From Candidatus Hermodarchaeota archaeon (lineage in GTDB: Archaea; Asgardarchaeota; Hermodarchaeia; Hermodarchaeales; Hermodarchaeaceae), in the NCBI GenBank assembly GCA_016839805.1, contig JAEOTO010000009.1:8369-72368 (forward strand): a stretch of 64,000 nucleotides of DNA, in the 5' to 3' direction. The notes below the pieces were generated by a model. It had not been told where the DNA came from. It saw only the letters and a program-made list of their open reading frames with translations, and made no database searches. The position numbers and the translations under genes are program-made. Below are positions 1 through 9,102 of this stretch, in pieces. Position 1 is the stretch's first letter, and every line of letters begins with the position of its first letter.

Positions 1-173
1 TCAACATCTTCAACCTCTGCCTTCTGAAGAGAAACATCATTAGGTTGATTCATGATAAGCACCAAGACGTTCGAGATAACACCCTAGTATCTCTGCTTCT
101 CTCAATGATAGCAAGCTAAGGCTAGGGCCATCATAAAAATCCTCTACTTCCCACCACAACCCACTCAACGCTA

Positions 174-1271
174 TTACAGTATCATCCAACTCGCTGCCTT
201 GATCCCACGTTCCAGCGTCTCAACGCTGCCCGAAAAGGAAGCCGACTCGTCTGGGAGAAAGGTCTGTTGATTGTGTTGCCATTCAACCAAACTGACGAAG
301 ATGGTTCCGATGGAGAGGGTTAGTTCGATGGCGAGAGCTTGGAGGGGGAAGCTTGGAATACGGGGGACGGTGAGTACGGGGATGGGTTCGAGGGGGGTTA
401 CCTGTCCGAGCCATCGCATGGCTTCGAAGAGGAGGGGGTATTCGGAGTCTTCGTCGGTGGGTTCGGGGAGGTATTCGGGGGGGAATTGCCAGCCGTCGCG
501 GTCGCTGCCTTCTTCGATTTCTGCGTGGGGTCCAATGAGGAAGACTCGGCCACTTCCGTAGTTGCAGGACACTATTGCAGGGTCACCAGTTAGGTCATAT
601 GTGCCTAAAACGGTGTAATCTGTATCGTCGTATGGTTGGATGTAGGGGCCACCAACATAGAGGATTTGATAGGCTGCAGGCAGCGAATCGGTAATGGGGT
701 GGGTCTGGTTGATGATGTTAATTTGGGTCATCGCATACCCGGGTTCAGGTCGATCAGCGATTTCAAAGATGGGTCCCCAGGCGACGCCTGGAAAGAGGTC
801 AAGGTTCAGTTCGTCGCCTTCCACCTTATAGTTTGGTGGCGGAAAGTTGGCGTCGTCCATCCAGACCATGTAGTCACAGGCATAGTAGGCACCGGCGCAG
901 ATGCCAAAGTAGCCGCCGCCGTTGGCGACGAATTCTTGGATCTTAGTTTTTCCTTCGAGGCCGACTTCTTCCCAATAGGCCGGGTAATGTCCGCCCGGCC
1001 AGATGAGCACATCAACATCGGTGAGGGCTCCGGCTTGGATGTCGGATCCACGAAGGGTCGTGAATTCACAGCCTATCCACGCAACGAGGTTAGGAATGAT
1101 GATATCATCGACGGACCAGGCGCCCTCCCCATTATAGTAGGCCACGCGGAGATCCTGCATTCGTCGACCAGAAGAAAGATAAACAAAGTGCGTGTACAAA
1201 ACCGGGATCCCGATCACGACGATTAGGCTCAATCCTAGGACAACAGCTACTACCCTAGTCCGTTTCCTCAT
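174..1271 (-). CDS. Membrane-anchored class-I glutamine-amidotransferase-like (BPL_N-type) domain protein
   Basis: 365-aa ORF. N-terminal hydrophobic anchor VVAVVLGLSLIVVIGIPVLY. Motif GGGYFGICAGAYYACD resembles the nucleophile-elbow region of GATase1-like/BPL_N folds. The gene is visibly G+C-richer than its neighbours, which explains the four overlapping antisense ORFs. Confidence 0.6.
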   Translation of the reverse strand: MRKRTRVVAVVLGLSLIVVIGIPVLYTHFVYLSSGRRMQDLRVAYYNGEGAWSVDDIIIPNLVAWIGCEFTTLRGSDIQAGALTDVDVLIWPGGHYPAYWEEVGLEGKTKIQEFVANGGGYFGICAGAYYACDYMVWMDDANFPPPNYKVEGDELNLDLFPGVAWGPIFEIADRPEPGYAMTQINIINQTHPITDSLPAAYQILYVGGPYIQPYDDTDYTVLGTYDLTGDPAIVSCNYGSGRVFLIGPHAEIEEGSDRDGWQFPPEYLPEPTDEDSEYPLLFEAMRWLGQVTPLEPIPVLTVPRIPSFPLQALAIELTLSIGTIFVSLVEWQHNQQTFLPDESASFSGSVETLERGIKAASWMIL

Positions 1272-1399
1272 TGAATTCGCCCCGCTTCTAATAGCCTTCA
1301 GGACGGTATAAATGCTTCAATCGGGAAACCTCCTGAGGAATGGGACAGGTTATGGTTGCTGCTGGTCTGCGGATAGGCGAAAAGTCTGCAAGGATTCTT

Positions 1400-2767
1400 T
1401 TATTTTGGTGGTTTGTAACTTTCGGCTTGTTTTCTGGCTAAATCATGTGGTGGTTTCATATCCGCAGGAAGAGGAGATTTGTAGGTTTTGTCTTTCATGC
1501 GGTGTTTAAACTCGCCTTGGACCTTTTTGAGGGCTTCAGGTTTGGTCAGTAGGTCCAGGGCAGTGGTGGCTAGTGTTTTCGCAGAAAAGATGAGGGATTT
1601 GTGACCGATGCTCATGCCACAATGGGCAACTGTCCGCCAAGAATGAAAGGGGTCTACGATTGCACTTGTGGTTGTGTTGAATTCAAGGGCTGGGGCTTTC
1701 CAGCTGACGTCGCCGACATCAGTGGAGCTAGGCCAGACGATGCCTTCATCCCAGGGGTCTTCGACGGTGTTGCAGAGTGTCACGTCCATGAACTTTTCCC
1801 ATTGGGGGTGTTTTAATGCTTGTAACATCATGCGTTTTTCTTCTAGGGTTATATCTTGAATGATGGTTTTGCTGAATTGGATTTCTTTGGCATCATATTG
1901 GGGTGCTCCGATTTCGCGCATGTTGGCAACTATGAGGGCGCTGAGTTGTTTGTTAGGAATTACATTATGACAGCCAATCTCTTGTTCAATGGTGTGTGTG
2001 GTACCTGTCATTAAATCGGCGCCATCGGCAATTTTGAGGATTCGCTGGTAGATCTGTTCGAGTTGTTCCATTTCTGGAGCCCGAACAAAATACCAACTCC
2101 TGGCATACTCAGGAACTATGTTTGGTTGGGTTCCTCCTTGTTGGATTACGTAATGAATGCGGGCTTTGTCAATGATGTGCTCGCGCAGGAAGTTTACCCC
2201 GATATTCATGAGTTCCACTGCGTCAAGAGCGCAACGTCCAAGTTCCGGAGAACCGGCGGCATGAGCACTTTTTCCATAAAAGTGGAATTTATAGGACTTG
2301 ATAGCATTGGAGCTCCCAATGAGGGCAGAGTTCCAAGAATTTGGGTGATGACTGAGAACGGCATTCACATCATCGAAAAACCCATCCCGAACCATGAATA
2401 ATTTCCCTCCATAATTTTCTTCTGCAGGCGTACCATAGAAACGGATTGTGCCTTTGATGTCATTTTCAGCCATTGCAATTTTTGTGGCTATGGCGCCTCC
2501 TAGGCCTGAGGTTCCATGGATGTTGTGTCCGCAGCCATGACCTGGAGCGCCTTCTATAACAGGCTCTTTCGTTGGAACAGCCTTTTGTGATAACCCAGGG
2601 AGCGCGTCATATTCGCCCATAATACCAATAATTGGGTGTCCTTTCCCGTAGTTAGCGATAAAGGCGGTCGGCATATCTGCAATGCCACGTTGCACCTGGA
2701 AGCCATGTTCTTCTAGTGTATCTGCCAATAGGGCAGCGGACTTGAATTCCAAGTCCCAGTTCAGCAT
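1400..2767 (-). CDS. M20-family amidohydrolase (AbgB/aminobenzoyl-glutamate-utilisation-like) with a frameshifted 5' end; the first ~26 codons continue in ORF 2652..2846
   Basis: 455-aa ORF with metal-binding motifs PGHGCGHN and GTPAEE. It is clearly paralogous to 10462..11919 along its whole length. The conserved N-terminus (MVKQTAINWIEKNKTRLIEISDKIWEYAELG) sits upstream in another frame. Confidence 0.85.
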   Translation of the reverse strand: MLNWDLEFKSAALLADTLEEHGFQVQRGIADMPTAFIANYGKGHPIIGIMGEYDALPGLSQKAVPTKEPVIEGAPGHGCGHNIHGTSGLGGAIATKIAMAENDIKGTIRFYGTPAEENYGGKLFMVRDGFFDDVNAVLSHHPNSWNSALIGSSNAIKSYKFHFYGKSAHAAGSPELGRCALDAVELMNIGVNFLREHIIDKARIHYVIQQGGTQPNIVPEYARSWYFVRAPEMEQLEQIYQRILKIADGADLMTGTTHTIEQEIGCHNVIPNKQLSALIVANMREIGAPQYDAKEIQFSKTIIQDITLEEKRMMLQALKHPQWEKFMDVTLCNTVEDPWDEGIVWPSSTDVGDVSWKAPALEFNTTTSAIVDPFHSWRTVAHCGMSIGHKSLIFSAKTLATTALDLLTKPEALKKVQGEFKHRMKDKTYKSPLPADMKPPHDLARKQAESYKPPK

Positions 2768-2953
2768 ACTCCCAAATTTTGTCGCTTATTTCGATGAGTC
2801 GTGTTTTGTTCTTCTCTATCCAGTTAATCGCAGTTTGTTTGACCATAAACCATACCAGAAGACCACTATTATGCCCTATTAGCTTAAATATTCTAAATTC
2901 AGGATAGAAATGCCTGCATATGTGCCAGCGGAGGGTGTTGAGGGGGTGTCACA

Positions 2954-3952
2954 TCAGCTGGTGTTAGGGGGGTGTTCTTGGAGGATTTGTGCGAGTTTTG
3001 TTGAACCGATGTTGCCGCCTGAAACGATGCAAACGATGGTTCCTGTTCCCGCTTGACCGGAAAGTGCCGCAGCAACAGATACAGCGCCGGCACCTTCGGC
3101 AATAATTGAATTGCGATTGGCGAGGAGGCGAACGGCGTGGGCGGTTTCTTCGACGGTAACAACGAGGACGCCATCGAGTAATTTTTGGGCGAATTCCCAC
3201 ATTTCTGGTAAAAGAAAGGGATATCCAATTCCATCAACGAAACTGGGCGTATAAGGGATTGAGGTGGGAATGTGTCCTAACTTGAAGGCGTCAGCTAAGG
3301 GTGAACAAGATTCCACTTCTGCTGCGAAAATTTTCACTTGTGATTTAAGGCCACGCAGGGCTGATGCAATACCCACCGTTAACCCGCCACCCCCCCATGG
3401 AATAATAACCGAGTCCATATCAGGCAAATCTTCAATGAGTTCTAATCCGATGGTTCCATTCCCCGCCATGACCGCGGGATCAAAAAAAGGATGGACAAAC
3501 CGACCTTTCATCTCCTCATAGCTTTGCGATATGAGGGCTTGAAGGCCTTCTGGAATCGGTACGGTGATAGTTTGTGCACCGAATCGATGAATGGCATCTA
3601 CTTTTGCTTGAGAGATGCCTTCGGGCACTAGAATTGTACAGTTGATATTGAGGTTCTGCGAATGCCAGGCTAGAGCTTGAGCAAAATTTCCGGAGCTCAC
3701 GGTCCATATCCCTTCCTTTAGTTGTGACCTTTTGGCTTCTTTCAAAGCGTTACTCGCTGCACGAATTTTAAACGACCTAACAGGTTGGAGATTTTCTAAT
3801 TTCAGATAGATTTGAGCGGGTGATTCATCAGTTTTGAGGCGTACAAGCGGTGTTCGAAGAATGTCAGATGAAATCCGTTTCTGGGCGGTCTTAATGCTTG
3901 AAAGGGGTATTGGAACTGATGATTTATCAGGTCTTTTTGACATCTGAATCAC
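2954..3952 (-). CDS. Fold-type-II PLP-dependent threonine/serine dehydratase family enzyme
   Basis: 332-aa ORF. PLP-lysine motif SFKIRAASN and phosphate-binding glycine loop PWGGGGL. The other ORFs on this stretch are alternate-frame artefacts. Confidence 0.8.
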   Translation of the reverse strand: MIQMSKRPDKSSVPIPLSSIKTAQKRISSDILRTPLVRLKTDESPAQIYLKLENLQPVRSFKIRAASNALKEAKRSQLKEGIWTVSSGNFAQALAWHSQNLNINCTILVPEGISQAKVDAIHRFGAQTITVPIPEGLQALISQSYEEMKGRFVHPFFDPAVMAGNGTIGLELIEDLPDMDSVIIPWGGGGLTVGIASALRGLKSQVKIFAAEVESCSPLADAFKLGHIPTSIPYTPSFVDGIGYPFLLPEMWEFAQKLLDGVLVVTVEETAHAVRLLANRNSIIAEGAGAVSVAAALSGQAGTGTIVCIVSGGNIGSTKLAQILQEHPPNTS

Positions 3953-4025
3953 CTATACACGGAGAACTAGAGTCCTCGATGGTTATTGGATAATTAGTTG
4001 ATAAGACCGATATAAGCGAAAGGGA

Positions 4026-4061
4026 TTGTGATCTAAATTCGTTTGAGATAAAGGATCACAA
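4026..4061. promoter_or_regulatory. Perfect 8-bp inverted repeat TTGTGATC-N20-GATCACAA in a divergent promoter region (candidate operator)
   Basis: Read directly from the sequence. It lies between the divergent starts at 3952 (-) and 4096 (+) and is followed by a T-run. Confidence 0.3.
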
Positions 4062-4095
4062 CAGATTTTTTTTCTTTAAATCTAATTTCATCACA

Positions 4096-4893
4096 ATGAA
4101 AAACTATCCTCGGATGATAACCCCATCCACAGAACCTTATGATCCGATTCAGCTAGCAGAAGCGACACAACAGATTGTATGTCGTCCTGAGGACTACGCA
4201 CGAAAATATACGAGTGTGTATATCGCAGGGGTCTATGGTGGAATTGCGACGGCGTATGCTGTGGGCTGTCCGTTGCGGTGTACTTTTTGTTGGGTGGATG
4301 ATTCGCGGGAATATCCGGAGCGCCGTGGACGATTTTACACGCCCGAAGCATTAGTGGATGCCCTCTGGGATGCCGTGCGTGAAGGGTATATTCGGAAGGC
4401 TCGTATTTCTGGGGCTGAACCCACCCTGTGTAAAGCGCATTTATTAGCGGTGTTACCGCTCATTGAGGACTCGTTGTTTGAAACCTTTATGTTGGAGACG
4501 AATGGCATATTGTTTGGAGCGGATCCAGATTATGCAAAACGGGTGGCGCAATATGAGAAGGTGCATATTCGTTTGAGTTTGAAGGCGGCTACACCCGAGG
4601 GTTTTCAGAAGCGGACAGGCGCTCGAGGTGAAAGTATGGAATTACCGTTCCAAGCGATTGAGAATCTCTTACGGGCAAAGGCCAGTTTTCATGTGGCAGC
4701 TATGACGGATCCACGGTTAATGCCACAAACCGAACGGGAGTTACTAATTACCCGGCTGGCTGACCTGGATATGATGTTGGCTGAAAATCTGGAAGAAGAA
4801 CAATGTGATCCTTATAAGGCTACGATTCGTCGACTTGATGCTGCGGGCGTCGATGTTAAAACTTTCTTTTCGAATGCTGGGTTGGACGTTTAG
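4096..4893 (+). CDS. Radical SAM domain protein, function unknown
   Basis: 265-aa ORF with the canonical CxxxCxxC cluster motif in VGCPLRCTFCWVD. Confidence 0.7.
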   Translation: MKNYPRMITPSTEPYDPIQLAEATQQIVCRPEDYARKYTSVYIAGVYGGIATAYAVGCPLRCTFCWVDDSREYPERRGRFYTPEALVDALWDAVREGYIRKARISGAEPTLCKAHLLAVLPLIEDSLFETFMLETNGILFGADPDYAKRVAQYEKVHIRLSLKAATPEGFQKRTGARGESMELPFQAIENLLRAKASFHVAAMTDPRLMPQTERELLITRLADLDMMLAENLEEEQCDPYKATIRRLDAAGVDVKTFFSNAGLDV

Positions 4894-4926
4894 GGTTTTT
4901 ATTCTATGAGTCGCTAGTGGGCATAC

Positions 4927-5322
4927 ATGAGTTTCCTTTTGGACCCGTTTTTGTTGGTATTGTGTGGGGCAGTCATTGTATGGTTGCGGAATCGCTGGTT
5001 GTACCGGGTGACACCGCATGCCACGAAGGTGCTCGGCGTTATGACAGTTCTGTTGTTTTGGGTGGTGGCGGGGTCGTTGTATTTGAACTTGGGGTGGTTT
5101 GATGGGATCTGGTTGTGGACGGGTCGTGCGGTGAATGGGCGAGACTTCATGATTAACAGTGGCTTGTTCCAATTTGAGTATGTGTACACGATAGGGCTGA
5201 TTGATGCGATTGCCCTCATTTTATTCGGGCTCTATCCGCTGTGGCTGTATTGTGGAGTGTTTCTGGGATATTTGCTGTTCGGTCGTCATGAAGGACAAAC
5301 CGGGATGGTCGGACTGCTTTGA
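4927..5322 (+). CDS. Small multi-pass membrane protein, hypothetical
   Basis: 131-aa ORF with an ATG start and about four hydrophobic helices. No recognisable motif. Confidence 0.5.
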   Translation: MSFLLDPFLLVLCGAVIVWLRNRWLYRVTPHATKVLGVMTVLLFWVVAGSLYLNLGWFDGIWLWTGRAVNGRDFMINSGLFQFEYVYTIGLIDAIALILFGLYPLWLYCGVFLGYLLFGRHEGQTGMVGLL

Positions 5323-5344
5323 ACCCTACGGAGAGGAGCGCAAG

Positions 5345-6349
5345 ATGAAGAGACGAGTGTGTTTGGTAACAGGGGCGTGTGGGTTTGTTGGAAGCCATTT
5401 CATTGATCAGTTACTCCAACATCCCGAATATGAGGTTCGGGGAACCGATTTAGCGAGCGCGGATCAGACCTTCTTGAATCCTGACGCAGAATTCATGCCC
5501 GGAGATCTTAGGGACCCAACAACTTTTGCTCCCATTGTCAAAGGTGTTGATTTCATTTTTCATGCAGCTTCGCTATTTCGCTACTCTGCATCTTGGGATA
5601 ACTTGTCAGCGGTGAATGTTGAAGGCACTCGAAATCTTTGTAGTGTTGCAATGAAAGCAAAGGTTTCGAAATTTGTGCTCATTAGCAGTGCAGGTGTCTA
5701 TGGAATTCCCTGCTCAATACCTGTTCGAGAAGAGGATTCTCTCCATCCATCAAATCCATATGAACAATCAAAATTAGACCAGGAACAGGCTGCACAACAG
5801 GTCTGTGAAGATGGAAAACTGGGTCTAACTATTCTCCGTCCCGCTCCCATTTATGGACCTCGAAATCGTTATGGGATTGGCACTATATTGCGGATGGTGG
5901 CTTATGGACAACTCCCTATCATTTCAGAGAATGTCAATACCTTAGTCCCATTGGTCCACGTTGCTGATGTGGTTGGCGCTGGCCTGCACTTATTAACTCA
6001 TCCTGCAGCAACTGGTCAAATCTTCAACGTGGTCGATGATACTACATACCGCAAATACGAATTATTTTCTTACATAGCTCCACTACTGAATACTAAAATT
6101 TACCACACACGGGTTCCACTTCTACCCAAGTGGCTTCTTAAAGCTGTAGCCTCATGGTCGGAGTGGAAGGCTCGGAATATCACACATGACCTGCCTAAGA
6201 TAGAAAAGGCTACAATTGATTTGATGTATCATAACTATTGGTTTAGTAATGCTAAACTCAAAGCTACCGGCTATCAACTCATCTATCCTGACTCGCGCTT
6301 TGGATTAAAAGATACCATTGACTGGTTTAAACGCCATGATTGGCTCTAG
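5345..6349 (+). CDS. NAD-dependent epimerase/dehydratase (extended SDR; 3-beta-HSD-like)
   Basis: Rossmann motif VTGACGFVGSHF immediately after the ATG at 5345, which is preceded by GGAGAGGAG. Catalytic YxxxK in NPYEQSK. The ORF-track start at 5201 looks like a spurious upstream extension. Confidence 0.85.
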   Translation: MKRRVCLVTGACGFVGSHFIDQLLQHPEYEVRGTDLASADQTFLNPDAEFMPGDLRDPTTFAPIVKGVDFIFHAASLFRYSASWDNLSAVNVEGTRNLCSVAMKAKVSKFVLISSAGVYGIPCSIPVREEDSLHPSNPYEQSKLDQEQAAQQVCEDGKLGLTILRPAPIYGPRNRYGIGTILRMVAYGQLPIISENVNTLVPLVHVADVVGAGLHLLTHPAATGQIFNVVDDTTYRKYELFSYIAPLLNTKIYHTRVPLLPKWLLKAVASWSEWKARNITHDLPKIEKATIDLMYHNYWFSNAKLKATGYQLIYPDSRFGLKDTIDWFKRHDWL

Positions 6350-6440
6350 CGACATGCTGTTGCTAGGGCATTTATTGATGGTTCTATGTACTTGAAGCGA
6401 TTTTAAGGAACAGCTGACTGGATTGTAGGGTTAGGTTCGA

Positions 6441-7181
6441 TTAAGACTGGGTTCGTCGGCGTCGGAGTAAAGTGATGCCTACAGCCGTGAGGACTCCTAC
6501 CACGATGGCTGCGATGGGGAAGCCAGGGATTGGTGGTTGAGCTAATACTCCATCTGTACCGCTGACAACGATATTGTCGATACCGTAGCCGTGGGGGGCA
6601 CTTCCCAAACTGAAGTAATTAGAGGTAGTATAGGTGTTGTCTAAGGCCGTGAGGTATAGTGAACCTTCGACCCGGACATAGAAGGTGCCATTGGCGAGTC
6701 GGTCGATTTGGATGTCCTTCATACCGTCTGCGGGAGCGTAGGTGGCGCTGTCAAGTATGATTTCAGTCGTATCTGTTGATTTGATTAAATTGATGTGTGT
6801 GTTATTCAGTTCAATAAGATAGCCTTCCATGGTGGTATCAAAAATTGATGTGGTTTTGACATTGTGCATGAACCCGACGATGCCTTTTGTACACGTGGAG
6901 ATGTAAAGCAAGTCGAAGGTCCAGGTGCCATAGGATGCATCGCTAGCTCGGTAGATATGCGCCTCGTGTGGGAAACCGGTAGAGCTTGTTGAGCGCAGAA
7001 TCCCGACACCGGCTGCAAATCCCCCAATTGTGACGTTCCACTCTGGGTAGAAGCTTCCATCGGTGAAGTTGTCTGTCCAATAGACATCGGCGGCCGCACA
7101 GGGTGGGATGGTTGAAACCGCTACATTCAATATCAGAATTGATCCTATTACAAATGCTAAGAGGAGATGTTGTTTTTGCAT
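6441..7181 (-). CDS. Secreted protein with a PGF-CTERM archaeosortase-type sorting signal; body possibly ConA-like lectin/glucanase fold
   Basis: 246 aa. N-terminal signal/anchor LLLAFVIGSILILNVAV. C-terminus PPIPGFPIAAIVVGVLTAVGITLLRRRRTQS has a PGF motif, a hydrophobic helix and a basic tail. Several N-x-S/T sequons. Confidence 0.7.
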   Translation of the reverse strand: MQKQHLLLAFVIGSILILNVAVSTIPPCAAADVYWTDNFTDGSFYPEWNVTIGGFAAGVGILRSTSSTGFPHEAHIYRASDASYGTWTFDLLYISTCTKGIVGFMHNVKTTSIFDTTMEGYLIELNNTHINLIKSTDTTEIILDSATYAPADGMKDIQIDRLANGTFYVRVEGSLYLTALDNTYTTSNYFSLGSAPHGYGIDNIVVSGTDGVLAQPPIPGFPIAAIVVGVLTAVGITLLRRRRTQS

Positions 7182-7315
7182 GTATTTTCCCTCGATGCAA
7201 GCGGTTCCCCGGACTCTTTCATGCCACGTTCGTAACGCAGGTTCCAGGGAATAGTTACTTGTTGCTTCAATGTTGTTCTTATAATTATGTTTTCAGTCCG
7301 TCTATGCAGCGGTTG

Positions 7316-8923
7316 TTAACTGGTTGGTGCTAGTGTAATCTGTTTTTTCGCATATGTGATAATGATTGGAATTACTACTAGTTGGAGCTGGAGTTTGGGT
7401 GGACAGGAGTTGTGGGTTGTTAATCCTGTATATTCGATAGTTAGCCAGAGGATTGACTGGGGAGGGAAACGGATGTTTGTGTCACTGAGTTGTCCACTGG
7501 TGGGTGTTAAGCTAGTAGAGGGTGTCCAGCCGTTGTATTGCAGAATTGACATATTGGACAATTCCTTCCCGTAAATCTGATACGGTCCACCAGGAGCCCC
7601 TAAAAGGGTGATACGGCAAGTTGTGGAGCGTATCCCATGGTTAACCACGAGAACCGTGTAATTATTTTGCCCAGCTCCTCGTGTTACAAGATACGTGAGA
7701 GGAGGGGGGAAATAGCCTAAGAGGGTGAGTGGATTAATGGCTGCTGGGAGCACAGGATTTTCTGTTATTGCCACGAAGGGTTTCAGGGCATGGAAGCTGG
7801 GTTTTGCTGTGGTAGGGTTCCGAGTGAGAAGACCAAAGTTGGCTTCGGGACCGAAGAGTATCCAAGTGGGTGGGGGCATGGGTGTGTCTTTGGTTATTGA
7901 AAAACATGCAATATCAATGCCATTATCTGCAGCTCCGATTAAGACGGCAGTTGCATGTAGCGCTGCTTGCATTGTCCCCCATTGTGTATCCGATGAGAGA
8001 TCTTGTCCCCATTCATCAAAGACCCGTTCGCAATCATAGAATCCATTGTCATCTAATAGCGTTGTGACAGTGTGTATTGCATGAATCACTTGTGCAGGGT
8101 TATCCCAATATGCATGCCATGAGAAAAAGTCCAAGGGGACTCCATGAGTATTGACAGTAGACAATACGTTTGTCGTCCATTGGGTGAGATTGATATCAGC
8201 TAAACCTGGTCCACCAATCTTGAACGATACCCCTAATTGGGTTAGTCGAGCTGATACGACTGTATACAAGTTAAGAAACTCCGACATGGAACCATTCCAG
8301 AATGCGGAGAGGTTCGGTTCATTTCCAATTTCAACATAATCAAATGAGTAACTATGTCCGGTACCTCCAGGCCAGCCCTGTGTATAGTGCATCAACACTC
8401 GCGCCACCACTTCTGAATACGCCGCCAAATCTAGTGGCGGCTTATTAGGTGCTCCATCTCGGGCTAGAGAGCGCGGACATCCCGTGAAGGTCAAAATGGG
8501 TTTGGCACCTGTTTCGTTGACAACTTCGAAGAGGAGGTCGAGGTAGGTCCAGTTATAAAATTGTGGATTTTGGGCATCTGCTAACGACGTTCCATTAAAT
8601 ATTGTATGATACCATCCCCATCCAAGCCCTGCCGCAAGCTGCGCGCCAAACTGACACCAAACACGCATCCGTTGTAGCCCTAAACTGCGGAACAGGTCAT
8701 AGGCAATCTGGTCCCCATGAACTTCCGTAACATCCGGACCATAATCGTTGACACCCACTAGCTCGTGAACCGCCTCAAGTTCTTGTTGGGTCTGTACAAG
8801 AAGCTCCAGATCAGGACCTAACACACCAAAATAACTAAGCACAAGCCAACTACTGATGCCTATAAGGAAAATCACACAAATAATAGCTACTGCTTTTCTT
8901 TTACGCATGTTTAGACCTGCCAT
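7316..8923 (-). CDS. Signal-anchored clan GH-A glycoside hydrolase (GH39/GH5-like)
   Basis: 535 aa. N-terminal anchor AVAIICVIFLIGISSWLVL. Acid/base motif VEIGNEPN and candidate nucleophile region VFDEWGQD. Many N-glycosylation sequons. Confidence 0.65.
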   Translation of the reverse strand: MAGLNMRKRKAVAIICVIFLIGISSWLVLSYFGVLGPDLELLVQTQQELEAVHELVGVNDYGPDVTEVHGDQIAYDLFRSLGLQRMRVWCQFGAQLAAGLGWGWYHTIFNGTSLADAQNPQFYNWTYLDLLFEVVNETGAKPILTFTGCPRSLARDGAPNKPPLDLAAYSEVVARVLMHYTQGWPGGTGHSYSFDYVEIGNEPNLSAFWNGSMSEFLNLYTVVSARLTQLGVSFKIGGPGLADINLTQWTTNVLSTVNTHGVPLDFFSWHAYWDNPAQVIHAIHTVTTLLDDNGFYDCERVFDEWGQDLSSDTQWGTMQAALHATAVLIGAADNGIDIACFSITKDTPMPPPTWILFGPEANFGLLTRNPTTAKPSFHALKPFVAITENPVLPAAINPLTLLGYFPPPLTYLVTRGAGQNNYTVLVVNHGIRSTTCRITLLGAPGGPYQIYGKELSNMSILQYNGWTPSTSLTPTSGQLSDTNIRFPPQSILWLTIEYTGLTTHNSCPPKLQLQLVVIPIIITYAKKQITLAPTS

Positions 8924-9102
8924 CCCCTCTTTTAGTCCCCTTCTTTCTAATTAGATTAACCTGCGCCAACAAGAATGAGATTTGTTAATGGAAGTATGGA
9001 AATAAGTGGGTTTTAAGCAATAATTTCAGGATTTTTATTCGGAGAGAAGACCAATATAATAGAAAGTATACATTTGTCTTTATTCCCATATAGGAGGGAT
9101 CA

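Noticed and set aside
271-1226. Four ORFs (271..561 +, 339..593 +, 636..1226 +, 806..1069 -) overlapping the 174..1271 gene
   Set aside because: They are low-complexity Gly/Arg/Ser-rich translations, antisense or alternate-frame to a G+C-rich gene that has real motifs. This is a typical high-GC artefact.
2899-3707. ORFs 2899..3237 (-), 2964..3200 (-), 3264..3521 (+) and 3516..3707 (-) inside the PLP dehydratase gene
   Set aside because: Alternate-frame or antisense products with biased Pro/Arg/Ser composition. The 332-aa frame carries the PLP-lysine and glycine-loop motifs.
5201-5344. A 48-codon N-terminal extension of the epimerase ORF, overlapping the 4927..5322 membrane-protein gene
   Set aside because: The Rossmann GxxGxxG motif begins right after ATG 5345, which has a GGAGAGGAG upstream. 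The extension is Cys-rich nonsense overlapping another gene.
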